Part shown: piece by piece, positions 35,947 to 48,431 of the stretch
Layout of the letters: every line of letters starts with the position of its first letter
Numbering within the stretch: position 1 is the stretch's first letter
NCBI RefSeq assembly: GCF_006345805.1
Contig: NC_043019.1
Location: 23,869,360 to 23,933,359 of the forward strand
Reading direction: 5' to 3'
Length of the DNA stretch: 64,000 bases
Source of the DNA: Octopus sinensis
Lineage: Eukaryota
The notes under the pieces: generated by a model
What the model saw: the letters and a program-made list of their open reading frames with translations, nothing else
Database searches by the model: none
What the model was told of the DNA's origin: nothing
Program-made: the position numbers and the translations under genes

Positions 35947-36201
35947 CACGAGGTTAGAAATATAAACAATATTAATTGATGATTAATTTTATTCTTTTAT
36001 CGACAAAGTTTCCTCTTTGTATCATCATCAGCTTTAGTAGGGAAAATGTCTGTGGTTGAATCACACCCAGTTCTATCGCCATAGATGGGTAGGTGGGTAC
36101 CTTTCTAATAGCGAATGAAGGTATTAGTTGATTATCGCTGTGATAAATGTAGTAGGACTAGGTAATTAATGTAGCACTCGTTACAATGCAGCAATGTCTT
36201 C

Positions 36202-36263
<62 letters not shown>

Positions 36264-36556
36264 AGGGTTTAAGATAGAAGCGGGCAGTATTTCCAGTCAG
36301 TTCTGTCGTCCCTGGACAGAAGTTGAATGTTAGCCAGAGGGTTTTTTCCTTTCAAGCTGGTCATAATCGACCGAACTTAAGTCGTTAATTGCTTTGAGAA
36401 AGCATGAACGTCACATATTCTCATTCTTCTCTCCTGTAACAATGTGAGATTCAACCTTCAGAAGAAACCAGCCAATACATGCAAAAATATTCGAAACTTC
36501 AGCTTATTTAATAATAATTGTTGCCTGATTTCCAAATAGAGAAAGAAAGGGAAAAG

Positions 36557-36590
<34 letters not shown>

Positions 36591-36842
36591 ATGTGTGTGT
36601 GTGTGTGTGTGTGTGACTGAATGCATTTGATTGTATATCAATTTCGTTATTAATTTATTAATGGACAGACGTAGATAAGTTATTATGGTATTATTTGTGG
36701 TGAGTAAAGTTTCTGTTGTTTGTATTTTCACTCTTAATATTTTCTCCTGATTTCAAATTCTTTCAATGACAAATTGTTTGTGTCGTTCAGTTTCTCTCCT
36801 TCAAATCCATTTACAAACATATTTTTCTTCTCAATCTTTGCA

Positions 36843-37280
36843 TTATTTGCAAGTATGAACTTCATGTTTAGTGTTGCATATTTTACATCTGACATGACAG
36901 CACGAAATTACGTTACACGAGCAGTGTTTCTGTACATCAATACTCTCCACATTGTATCCACGACCACAACACATAACTTTACAGTTCTCTCCCTTCATGC
37001 AAACTCGACCTGAAATGCCGGACGAATAGCGAGTTCGGCGGCAAAAGTTTGGAGATTTCTCTATGTACAGCAGTTCGTTATGTTTCACACGAAGATTGTC
37101 TCCTATGCTATTTAGTCGTTGTTCCGAGAAACTGTTTACACGGACGGCTTTTTCGTATTTTTCTTTAAGGATGGCACTGATTTTAGAAAATGGTGCTAAC
37201 TGTCTCCAACAGGTCCGTGTTGTGCAAGAGCCTGATACACCGTAACACTTACAAGTCCGGTTTACGTTTTGCCTTACGAC
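36843..37280 (-). CDS. WNT9: Wnt9 last coding exon
   Basis: ttttag acceptor (37282-37281), 438 nt, phase 0; [19 protein letters not shown]...HEVHTCK*. Confidence 0.95.
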   Translation of the reverse strand, partial: VVRQNVNRTCKCYGVSGSCTTRTCWRQLAPFSKISAILKEKYEKAVRVNSFSEQRLNSIGDNLRVKHNELLYIEKSPNFCRRTRYSSGISGRVCMKGENCKVMCCGRGYNVESIDVQKHCSCNVISCCHVRCKICNTKHEVHTCK

Positions 37281-39994
37281 CTAAAATAGATAAAAGAAAA
37301 TTAATCAGAAACTAATATGTTAATTGATTTTAATTGAATCAATTAAAATAATAAATAAAAAATTATCATTTTAATTAATTTATAATATTTTAATTAATTA
37401 AAATAATAAATAAAAAATTGTTACTTTAATTTATAATCTCTATATAAACGGCAAAATGTCTGTGTGTGTGTGTCCTTTATACAAATCCACAATTTTTCTG
37501 TTAGAGGGCTCGCACTTTCTATGGTCATTTAAAACCGTCCAAGGATGGTCGTGCACCTCTTTACATTTCCCCAATCACCCCGCAAAGCCATTAAAAAATC
37601 AATAGAAGTGACTTTTTTGTGAATTTTCTATCCAAAACCCAATCAAAATGCCCGAAACTTGATACGCCAATTGAATGCCAGCTAGCTGTATGTAATTGGT
37701 CAGAGATTTGAACAGTACACGCGTGTATGTGCGCACGCACGCAGCTGTATATGCATGCACTAGCACTATGAACCGACAACGTCGGGTCATAGTGCTAGTA
37801 TTTAATAAGAACTATTTTTATTATGGAAAAGTTACAACTCTGCGTCTACTATTAAAACATAATTACAGACTGAGAAAGGCCGACAACAGAAAATGATTGA
37901 ACTTCCACTGCGTGGTGTTATCGATTCGCGGACTGTCCGCGAGAGAAGCCTCCCCACTTCTCTACTATTAACTTTATATTCGCTCGTATAGTCACCCTTT
38001 CTTTTGAGGCACAAAAGGATTGCATTGAAAAAAAATGAGAATGCTACTGATAATTTATAAATCTAGGAAGAGTGAGGAATGAAGTCGAGCCAACAGGATG
38101 TCATCCTAGAAGCCGAAGCCGTGCTCTGAAACGCAACATTCTCCATCAGTTTTCACATTTTTATTTGAAACCGCCTTAGCTCAGTCACGAGAAGCCACAG
38201 CATATCAGGTGATTTCCCTGGATTCTGACCAATAAATATTTCAGCAACAACTGTACGATCGATGGAGTTTTCCTCGACTTTTTTCGTTCGCCAAAACACG
38301 GCTATAAATTGAGATGCGCACCACAACAACACCAAAGAAGCAGAGGCAACAGAGGTCCATAAGAAGACAGATTTCTTGGTTGCAGTTCGGCTCCGGGTTA
38401 AAAGGAATCGTTTGTACACAAGGAACGCACAATTTCCCCGTCTCTCAAAACACGAAAATGTAGGTATCTTTCCAAGCTAGCATGGAAATACTTATCTAAA
38501 CACTTGTACGGTTTACTCTTGGTAAAGTCCTCTGTATATTTTTGTGTAAAATATCAAATGGAATTGGTTTTTATATAGGGAAAACAGCCAAATTCAGCCT
38601 GAAGCAGCCTAAAGCGGGGTAACCAATAATTCATCACCCATCTAATCAAGCATCCCCATGCCTTTCCAATCCACTACTTCCTCATAAACCGTCCAGTTGT
38701 CTCGTTCTAAGTTTCTGCTTTTCGTTGACGGAAAGTCAAAGAAGAGACATTAGTTAGATCTTTTAATTTTGTTGGGGGTTTATCTCAACCCCAAGCACTT
38801 GATATGCTAAATACCTACAGCAATAATTATTCAGGCCAGTTCATTAATTTTCCCCCTTCTTCACTTTTATCCTCAGAATCGTCAGGGCGTCGAACAAAAT
38901 GTCCAGCAGTGTTTCTTCCGGTCCCTTACAGTTCAAATCCCGCTGAAATTCGAGGTCGATGAAATAAGTACCAGTTGATCACTGGGGTCCATGTAATAGA
39001 CTTATCCCTTAAATGAATAGAATGCCATTCTTGTCCTCTTTTAAGAATGTCCTTGTGAATGTTTCCACACACCTGGAGACACGCAGCTGTCTGCTTCTTA
39101 CCAGGGCCATAAATACGCAGTCACTGCATTTAGTGCAATATCGCGAACACTCTTTGCACCCAGGCCTGCGGATGTGGTTTCCGATCATTATGAAGAAACC
39201 CACTTCGAGACTTAAGCCTTCATCGAAACAACAGTAACCCCCATTACTTGAAAATCAAACAATAAAAATAGACATGTTCGAACAATCCCTTTCCCATAGA
39301 GACATCTGGTAAAAACATACGTACGTACATACATACATGCATGCATGCATACATGCATGCATGCATGCATACATACATACATACATGCATGCATACATAC
39401 ATACATACATACATACATGCATGCATACGTACACACATACATGCATGCATACGTACGTACATACATACATACATGCATACATACATACATACATACATGC
39501 ATGCGTACGTACGTACATGCATGCATGCGTACGTACGTACATGCATGCGTGCGTACGTACGTACACACATACATGCATGCGTACGTACGTACATGCATGC
39601 GTGCGTACGTACGTACATGCATGCGTGCGTACGTACACACATACATGCATGCATACGTACGTACATATATACATGCATGCATACGTATGTACATACATAC
39701 ATGCATGCATGCATACGTACGTACATACATACATGCATGCATACGTACGTACGTACATACATACATACGGTCAGTTTGGATAAGTTTGGATTTTCAGGAA
39801 AAAAAGAATCAAGCGACTGATTCGCACATTACAAATAAGTAAGCGGAGCAGTAAAACTATTCAAGACTTTTCTCAGGTTTAAAATGTGACATTGTTTCCG
39901 TGATCTACATTCCAAAGATGGAGCTTTGTATCTTTGTTAGAAACCATCACCGTCTTCAGAAGAATTTAAATGATTAAAACCAGAAGACACACAC

Positions 39995-40038
<44 letters not shown>

Positions 40039-40503
40039 GCAACTGATAGTGTTAAACTGGGGGACTAAGTCTACCACCCATTTGGGCCACGGCAGGATTT
40101 GAACTCATCCTTTCTACTCTAGACACAAGGCCTGCAATTTTGAGGAGTTGGGTTGGTGAGTTTGGTGAGTCAGTGATATCGACCTCAATGCTTCACGGGT
40201 ACTTTATATCTTATCGACTCCGAAAGGATGAAAGGCAGAGTCGACCACGGCGGTATTTGAACTCAGGTATTTCGTCTGCGTTACGTTGTGAGTTCAAATT
40301 CCGCCGAGGTCGACTTTGCCTTTCATCCTTTCGGGGTCGATAAATTAAGTACCAGTTACGCACTGGGGTCGATGTCATCGACTTAATACCTATGTCTGTC
40401 CTTGTTTGTCCCCTCTGTGTTTAGCCCCTTGTGGGTAATAAAGAAATAGGTATTTGAACTCAGGACGTAAATAAATGTATGCACACACACACACACACAC
40501 ACA

Positions 40504-40541
<38 letters not shown>

Positions 40542-40579
40542 CACACACACACACCACACACACACACGCGCGCGCACAC

Positions 40580-40614
<35 letters not shown>

Positions 40615-40835
40615 CAAAGAAAACAAGAGGGAAAGACGTTCGAGTGAGACTTTGTTGGTTGAGATCAATAGAGTTTCCTGATAGGCGGGACCGCGTCTTT
40701 AGTCTCTAAACCCAGCGGGAAACAAGAGCATGGCTTTGTTATTTTTTTGTGTCAGGCTATAGATGGAATTCATGCTGGCGTCTTTGAAGTTTGTTTGAAA
40801 TTTGTTATAAGTCATGCTTATAAACCGCGGAGCGA

Positions 40836-40908
<73 letters not shown>

Positions 40909-42243
40909 GTGTGTGTGTGTCAGTGTGTGCATGCGTGCGTGTGTGTGAAGTGAATGCAGAGAATTTTGTGTACGGATTTATCCAGATTTCGATAATTGAA
41001 ACAAATTCACAACTTATGATTAAAATGATATGAAATAAATTGTGGAGGCGCAATGGCCCAGTGGTTAGGGCAGCAGACTGGCGGTCATAGGATCGCGGTT
41101 TCGATTCTCAGACCGGGCGTTGTGAGTGTTTATTGAGCGAAAACACCTAAAAGTTCCACGAGGCTCCGGCAGGGGATGGTGGTGATCCCTGCTGTACTCT
41201 TTCGCCACAACTTTCTCTCACTCTTACTTCCTGTTTCTGTTGTACCTGTATTTCAAAGGGACGGCCGTGTCACTCTCTGTGTCACGCTGAATATCCCACG
41301 TGTCTGTGGAGTGCTCAGCCACTTACACGTTAATTTCACGAGCAGGCTGTTCCGTTGATTCGGATCAACCGGAACCCTCGTCGTCGTAACCGACGGAGTG
41401 CTTCCATTTCCATGAAATAAATTAACAGAAATAAAGTAGAAAAATAAAACAAATAAAATAAGAGAAAATAGATTGAAAATGATTGAGGGACGTAGTTTGT
41501 TGGCAAAGTTAGTTTTTAAATTGATTCTCTGCGACACCAATGTATGGCGGTAGTTTCATATGCGCTGCTTATGAGATCGATAAAGTAGCAGAAAGTTGTC
41601 ATATTTATTGTTTGATACATTTCTCAAGTTCTAGCTTTCCCGAGAATTTAGTGACGGATACATCGCCTGATTAACAATAGTACATGGCTGATCGCTATTT
41701 ATCATTTCCTTCCCATTCTTATGTTCTGGTTCCATCCACTAAACACCATTTTGTAGAGTATCAGATGAGACCTGATTGGAACCATGGAATGAATTTACTC
41801 CTATACATACACTCATTCGCTTTTATAACTGAATCCAATAAATTTTTTTGTTATCGATTAGTAATGAAGAAATGTAGCGACAAAAGGGCCTCCAAGGCAA
41901 CTGGGCGGGAGAAATGCTCAATCCGGAGACAGGCAAGCGATACCAGGACGAGGAAGAGAGCTCTCTGCAAGTGATACAAGGACGAGGAGCAGAGAGCAGA
42001 CGTGCAAGTGATACTCCAAAGAAATTGAAACAAATTAAGAAATATCAAGACCTAAGCAAAGAGCTGAAGTGATTGTTGAAGACAAAGGCAGCAGATATTG
42101 GTATTGAGAAATGCTCTGCCGACCTTCAGGAAAGGTCAATCCTGTCTTCTGTAAGAATCCTAAGAAAGATTCTTGAGATTTGAGGTGACGTGTTGTGACT
42201 ATAGCCCAAGACATTCCTACTAATAAATGTAGCATATAATAGT

Positions 42244-42277
<34 letters not shown>

Positions 42278-45200
42278 TTTCAAATTTTGGCACAAGGCCA
42301 GCATGTTCAGGGGAAGGGATAAGTCTATTACATGGACCCCAGTGATCAACTAGTACTTGTTTCATCGACCCCGAATTTCAGCGGGATTTGAACTGTAAGG
42401 AACCGGAAGAAACACTGCTGGACATTTTGTTCGACGCTCTAACGATTCTGAGGATAAAAGTGAAGAAGGGGGAAAATAAATGAACTGGCCTGAATAATTA
42501 TTGCTGTAGGTATTTTAGCATAACAAGTGCTTGGGGTTGAGATAAAGCCCACAACAAAATTAAAAAGATCTAACTAATGTCTCTTCTTTGACTTTCCGTC
42601 AAGGAAAAGCAGAAACTTAGAACGAGACAACTGGACGGTTACATTACAATTTGCCCTATTTGATGGGGGGGGGGGGAGAAAGGTAACAAGGGACGCGCAC
42701 ACACACGTACACACGTACACAGGCACTCTCACACACTTATACACACTCTCTCACACTTATACACACACATCCACACACCGCTGTTTGCTTTCGCTTAAAA
42801 CGGTTTAACTCGGTACCGAAAGTTGCCTTTGAAAGCGTCCAACATGACTTGATGCTTTCCATAGAGTAAAGATGATCAACTTCTGTTTATTCACTTCACA
42901 CCCAACTCTTCTTCCTTTTATCGCCTTTTTTTTTTTTTTCATTTTATTCCATTTCTTTCTCCTTTCTATTTCATGGTACCTTCAAACATTCTTCTTCTTC
43001 TTCTTTTTCTTTTCCTTTCCCTTTTCCTTTTCCTTTTTCTTTTTCTTTTTCTTTTTCTTCTTCTTCTTCTTCTTCTTTTTCTTCTTCTTCTTTCTTCTTC
43101 TTCTTCTTCTTCTTCTTCTTCTTCTTTTTTCTTTTTCTTCTTTTTCTTTTTCTTTTTCTTTTTCTTCTTCTTCTTCTTCTTCTTCTTCTTCTTCTTCTTT
43201 TTTATTATTCTTTTTCATCTTCATTTTTCATGTCATTCACCCCCCCGCATCTTCCTCGGCCTCCCCATCCCCATCTGCCCCACCCCCACCGTACACCTTT
43301 TTATTTTTATTTTCTTCATTCCACCCCCCCCCAGTTTTTTTCCTTTATATAAGTTATTCTACATGACTTTTTGTTTGTTGTCTTATCTTTCTTCTCTTTT
43401 CTCCCCCACCCCCACTCCTCTCTCTCTCTCATCCTTCTTTAATCCCTCCATTTTCTTTTCGTCCTTTGTTCCTTTCCCCTTTAAACACATATCTTTCTCC
43501 ACTTTCTTTTATTCCCACTTCATTATTGAATTATATCAACATCTATGTCTGACAGTTTTGCAGTGAATTTACACCAATGTAAACACCAGACTGTCGCTGT
43601 GTGGACGTTACCCATTTCTTCGACGACAACATGCTATCAATGAAGCGGAATTTAAATATTTATCGATTCAGACGTGAACAGATAGCGTCAACAAAGAGTC
43701 CATCCAGTATATTTATCTAGAAAATTATCTATTTATCTATTATAACTATTGTGTAGATTAGGATGTGGAATAATATTTATTATTACTTATTAGCGCGGGC
43801 GAGTCATTGGAGACTGGATTTACGGATGCGTTGGTGTGATGTTCCCTATTGCTAATTCAATTCAATGTGTGCAGTTTTAATCCTCAGGTTTAATCCTCTT
43901 TTGGGTGGTAAAATAGATTTTTGTTTGGCAACATAGAAGAAGAAGAAAAAAAAAAGACTATTAAAAGTATACAAGATTAGAATCGAGGAAGAAATCCTGA
44001 ACTACCCTCACCGATGAAACAAAACAAAAAAAATGTGGGGTTGAAATGGTGGGTAGAATGATGAAGCAGCAGAAGATGTGAGTGGAGAGAGAGTAACAGG
44101 TTGTACAACTCAACAACTCAAGGCAAATGGCGTGTTCAGCTCCGTCTCGAGGACATCATGGCAAAAATGTTGCCGCCGCCGCAGAGAATGGCCAGCGACA
44201 CTCGCTGCAACAGCCATCCCGACATCACGGGGCTTATTTCTGAAATGGGCCGCAGTAAAATAGATTATTTTTTCGTTTTTCTCACTTGATTGAGGGGAGG
44301 GGAAAATAGAAAGATATTCCTAGGCACGTGATAAATGAGTTAAAAGATGGAAATTTCAATGTTTCAAACACATTAATGTCAGAAGAATTGAACAACGAAA
44401 ACATTTACAGACAAAACGAAAATTTCATTCCAAAAAGTTCGTGTCATTCTCTTTCAAAAAAAAAAAAAGAAAAAAATTTTAAATAATTAAAAACTTTGAG
44501 AATATTTTCCCTCCTTCCTTCCTTCCTTCCTTATCTCTCTCTATATAAAGCTGAAGTTGTCTGTGTATGGCAGGTTTTGTAGCCTTCAACTAACACTATC
44601 TCCTCCGAGTATGATAGAAGAAGGCTTGCTCTTCCTTCGGTGGAAGAAAAAAATTCAAATCGGACCATGTTAACACCAAAAATTATTTACATGAAAAAGG
44701 TGCTTGTTTTCTATGAAAATCCCTATTTTTTACGATTTTAAGTGTGTGTGAGTGTGCATGAGTGTGTGTGTGCGCGCGCGTGTGTTATATATTCACTACG
44801 GTCAATCTTACCAGTCGGTTTCGCACTGGAGTTTCATCCAGACGTTAGATAACAGCCCGATTATATCGCCCTGCGCTCATCAGACTTAGCAGTAACGGAA
44901 TAAAATACAGCAACTCCATATATACATACATACATACATACATACATACATACATACATACATACATGCACAAATGCATATACGCATCTCTCTCTCTCTA
45001 TCCATCTACATGTATACTCATATACAAATATTCATACATGTCTATATACACACACAAACATATATGTTCACATACACACGCATATATAATTTTTTTATGG
45101 GAACGTGGGTAAAGCCAGAAAATTCTGTTTTTATCTCTGACCAGTCTTCACCCTTTTTACCAGATGCGGGCATTTATTGGAGGACTGCTCCGTCGCTTGT

Positions 45201-45754
45201 TCTTGTGCCATTGACATCATAACAGTTGACTATTTCGGACTTGTCAATGAAACCCAAAGTATATCGGAGGAGAGCTGTCCGATACTCTTACGACGACCCG
45301 GGCAATCCGCCGTACATACATATGTACGTACGTGCACACGTATGTATGTATGTAGTATGTATGTATGTATGTATGTATGTATGTATGTATGTATGTGTGT
45401 GTGTATGTGAGCATGCGTGTATGTGTGCATGTATGAGTGAGTATGTAAACATGCATGCATGTATGAATGTAAGCAAATAAGTTACCTCTATTCCAATATT
45501 TGTGTTGTGTTGGTCGATTTTAGCTCGGAGATCTTTTCCCGATCTTTTCGCTCGCCTCAGAAACTTTCGTGTAAATTTCAAACCGTAACGGATATTATCC
45601 CCACAACTTCCCCATTTCCAGGCTTCTTTATTTCGAAGTCTTTTGGAGATATCACACGTGCATCTGTCTAATATGCCTCGACTACACGCATGCGCGAACG
45701 AATGGACGAGTCCCGCAGATGATATTGCGTACAGATATGATGTCTCTTTAAAAC
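36843..45754 (-). CDS. WNT9: Wnt9-subfamily ligand, 5'-partial (last two coding exons, about 234 aa)
   Basis: join(complement 45754-45486, 37280-36843). [22 protein letters not shown]...[32 protein letters not shown] and the short C-terminal spacing [18 protein letters not shown] match vertebrate WNT9A/B (SKDLRARVDFHN; GRRCHREKNCESICCGRG). Intron positions and phases fit Wnt9 genes. Confidence 0.9.
37437..37798 (+). mobile_element. Non-autonomous Helitron in the last Wnt9 intron
   Basis: A|TCTCTATATATAAA 5' end; 3' hairpin ending CTAG|T. Confidence 0.75.
39315..39767. repeat. (TACA/TGCA/TACG)n compound tetranucleotide array
   Basis: Direct reading; continuous purine-pyrimidine alternation; opposite-orientation arrays at 45310-45470, 52270-52700 and 63640-63770. 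Confidence 0.95.
40266..40448 (+). mobile_element. SINE family A, 5'-truncated, inserted in an older opposite-strand copy
   Basis: 14-bp TSD GGTATTTGAACTCA at 40252-40265 and 40449-40462. Confidence 0.8.
41042..41405 (+). mobile_element. tRNA-derived SINE, family C (second copy)
   Basis: Aligns end to end with 100-484 apart from small deletions. Confidence 0.8.
42030..42275 (+). mobile_element. REL-type LINE extreme 3' end with (TAA)n tail
   Basis: [11 protein letters not shown]...[15 protein letters not shown] followed by taataataa. Confidence 0.65.
42985..43215. repeat. (CTT)n/(CTTTTT)n polypyrimidine tract
   Basis: Direct reading. Confidence 0.95.
44534..44760 (+). mobile_element. Helitron-like 5' fragment
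   Basis: A|TCTCTCTCTATATAAAGCTGAAGTTGTCTGTG resembles the 5' ends at 27082 and 37437; no 3' end found. Confidence 0.4.
45486..45754 (-). CDS. WNT9: Wnt9 penultimate coding exon
   Basis: ttctag acceptor (45756-45755), GAG|GTAAC donor, 269 nt, phase 1 to 0. Confidence 0.93.
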
Positions 45755-46210
45755 CTAGAAGAACAGAAAAGAAAACAATGCAATTGTGATTTCAGACGAA
45801 AGCAGTCAAGAGCGGATATAATCGATGACATAGACTCAAGAACGGTAAGGTTACGTATCGAATTCAAACGTATTAAGTCGTCTATAGCAGGAATTGAACT
45901 CAAAACACAAAGAAGCTTAACTAATTCTCAGCGTTTTACTGTTTCATTCAACCAACATTATCTCAATATTATTAATATTATTATATAAGGGTTTTGTTCA
46001 AACTTCGTCGTTCGACATTGTAAACTCACATCACAAGACTGGTTTTTTTTCCTCAAGTTCTCTGGCTCCACAAAATTTGGGGCCGGAAATGTGTATTAAT
46101 TCATTGTAATACATTCTACCCCAATATTACCTTAGCACTAATAATATTGGCTTGCATAGTACGAGAAACGTAATACTGTACATAATCCTTCTCGTTTTAC
46201 TGAAAATAGA

Positions 46211-46256
<46 letters not shown>

Positions 46257-47584
46257 ACAAAACCTATATATATATATATATACAAAACCTATATATTATA
46301 TATATATATATACAAAACCTATATATATATATATATATATATATATGTAATAAATAAAATATATGCATACATACAAACGTATATGTACGTACCTACATCT
46401 ACGTGTATATATACATGCATATATAAAATATATATACGTGAGTACAGGACACCGCAACTAGACGTAGAACTCAACGAAAAACACGAAAACGGACAAGTCA
46501 TTTTTTTACAACAAAAAAACAGAGATGAAACGAAAACGGGAAAAACATTATTTTTTACAACAGAAAAACAAGGTACAGGACACACCACACAAGGAAAAAA
46601 TCCCCAGTCATCAGCTGTCACTAGCTAAGTCAAGCGTGTTTCAATATATATATATATATATATATTAGAGGAAAACCACTGTGTGGACACCCTTATACTT
46701 TTTTTTTATATCTTTTATTATTGTTGACACCCTTTTTTGATCGATGTAAACCCCACACTTTGTGTGCTGTACTTTATTCTTTTATATTGTCCTCTTGGGA
46801 GGACAATACGAAAAGAAATCATCAACATTGTCATCAACACCCCCACCCATCGTTGTTATTGTTGTTGTTGTTGTCATTGTTATTATTGTTGTCAATATGA
46901 TTATTTGAAAACGATGATGATTATGATCAGGTGGGAAGAAGCATAGAGAAGTAGTAGAGAAAAAGAGGGAGAAGGTGGCGGCGGTGGTGGTGGTGGTGGT
47001 GGTGCTGCTGCTACTGATGATGATGATGATGATGGCAACGTCGATGTTGAGGAGGAGAGTGATGAAAGAGACAACGAGAGTGATGTTGACAGTGGCGTCA
47101 ATGGTGAAGGTTTGTGTTTCTTGACGTCGTCTGTTTAGTCTGGACCAAGGAATATCAATATTACGATATGACACAATTCTGCTACATGAAAGAGGAAAGA
47201 GGACAGTTGCGCGCGCAATAGCTGAAAAGAAAGAAAGGAAGAATGAAAGAAACGCTTCCGCTTTTGTTATATCTAAGGCAGCGTAACTTCCTAACTTTAT
47301 TTATATTCCACGAAGAACTCGCTTGAAGGTGGAATGGTATAAAACAATAATTGTCTTCCTTCTCGAAAGCTTTTGTCTCTAACACTTTCCCCCTATCATA
47401 ACAATAACGGTTCTAACTGCAGCTTGAGCTAAACAAGAAGAATCGGTTGGAAAGCGTTGAGTTGTGGTTTGAAAGTTAGACGTCAGTGGGGGGGGGGAAT
47501 AAACGAATGTAAGTGTCTGGGGATTGAGAAGATTACAAACGTGGTTTTAGGGAGATTAACCGCCAACATCGGATATTGAAATAA

Positions 47585-48012
47585 GCTGCTCTAATGAGGA
47601 TATATTTCTTTATTGCCCACAAGGGGCTAAACATAGAGGGGACAAACAAAGACAGACATAGGGATTAAGTCGATTACATCGACCCCAGTGCGTAACTGGT
47701 ACTTTATTTATCGACCCCGAAAGGATGAAAGGCAAAGTCAACCTTGGCGGAATTTGAACTCAGAACATAGCGACAGACGAAATATTCATTTCTTTATTAC
47801 CCACAAGGGGCTAAACATAGAAGGGACAAACAAGGACAGACATAGGTATTAAGTCGATTACATCGACCCCAGTGCGTAACTGGTACTTTATTTATCGATC
47901 CCGAAAGGATGAAAGGCAAAGTCAACCTTGGCGAAATTTGAACTCAGAACGTAGCGACGGACGAAATACTGCTGAGCATTTCACCCGGCGTGCTAACGAT
48001 TCTGCCAGCTCG
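47585..48012 (-). mobile_element. SINE family A tandem dimer
   Basis: Two body-plus-tail units behind one head. Confidence 0.8.
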
Positions 48013-48199
48013 GGAAAAAGAAAGAAAGGAAAGGGAAGAAAGCAAAAGGAAGTGCAAATTTAGCAACTGGTAATTTTTGAATAACGTAAAATAGAAGGTA
48101 GTTACGGTGTGACGGTTGTGTCAGTTGATTGGTTATTAAGGCCGAGAGGAATAACTAGAGACGAAAGGAAGTAAAGAACATGTTTAAGGATGTGTGTGT

Positions 48200-48256
<57 letters not shown>

Positions 48257-48431
48257 TGTAGATTGAAAAGTCTATGATTTGTGGAAGTGAAATAATAGAA
48301 GGGTTTTATTGTCAGCATTTTCCCAAAAATCTCTGAAAATCGATGTACTTGCATAGCAAGTGACCTGACTTGAGATCGAGTGCTGGAACGAAAACAATTG
48401 CAGCGTGGAAGATGTTTATAAGCTATTTAAG

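Larger units (their letters stand above)
38687..42640. repeat. Inverted duplication of about 325 bp (38687-39010 vs 42314-42640)
   Basis: Both arms share about 190 bp of non-SINE sequence plus the same internally deleted SINE. Confidence 0.9.

Noticed and set aside
37800-38570. ORFs 37832, 38153 and 38241 as possible extra Wnt9 exons or a Helitron RepHel remnant
   Set aside because: The two Wnt9 exons already join in frame as in WNT9A/B, and no recognisable motif was found in any frame.
39009-39237. [14 protein letters not shown] zinc-finger-like ORF
   Set aside because: Short, no splice support, no family recognised.
234-41358. Near-identical ORFs MVVIPAVLF... at 234 and 41176, and recurring MLGGQTQ.../MSYKSETQ... 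ORFs
   Set aside because: They fall inside SINE or LTR copies; the recurrence reflects the repeat, not a gene family.
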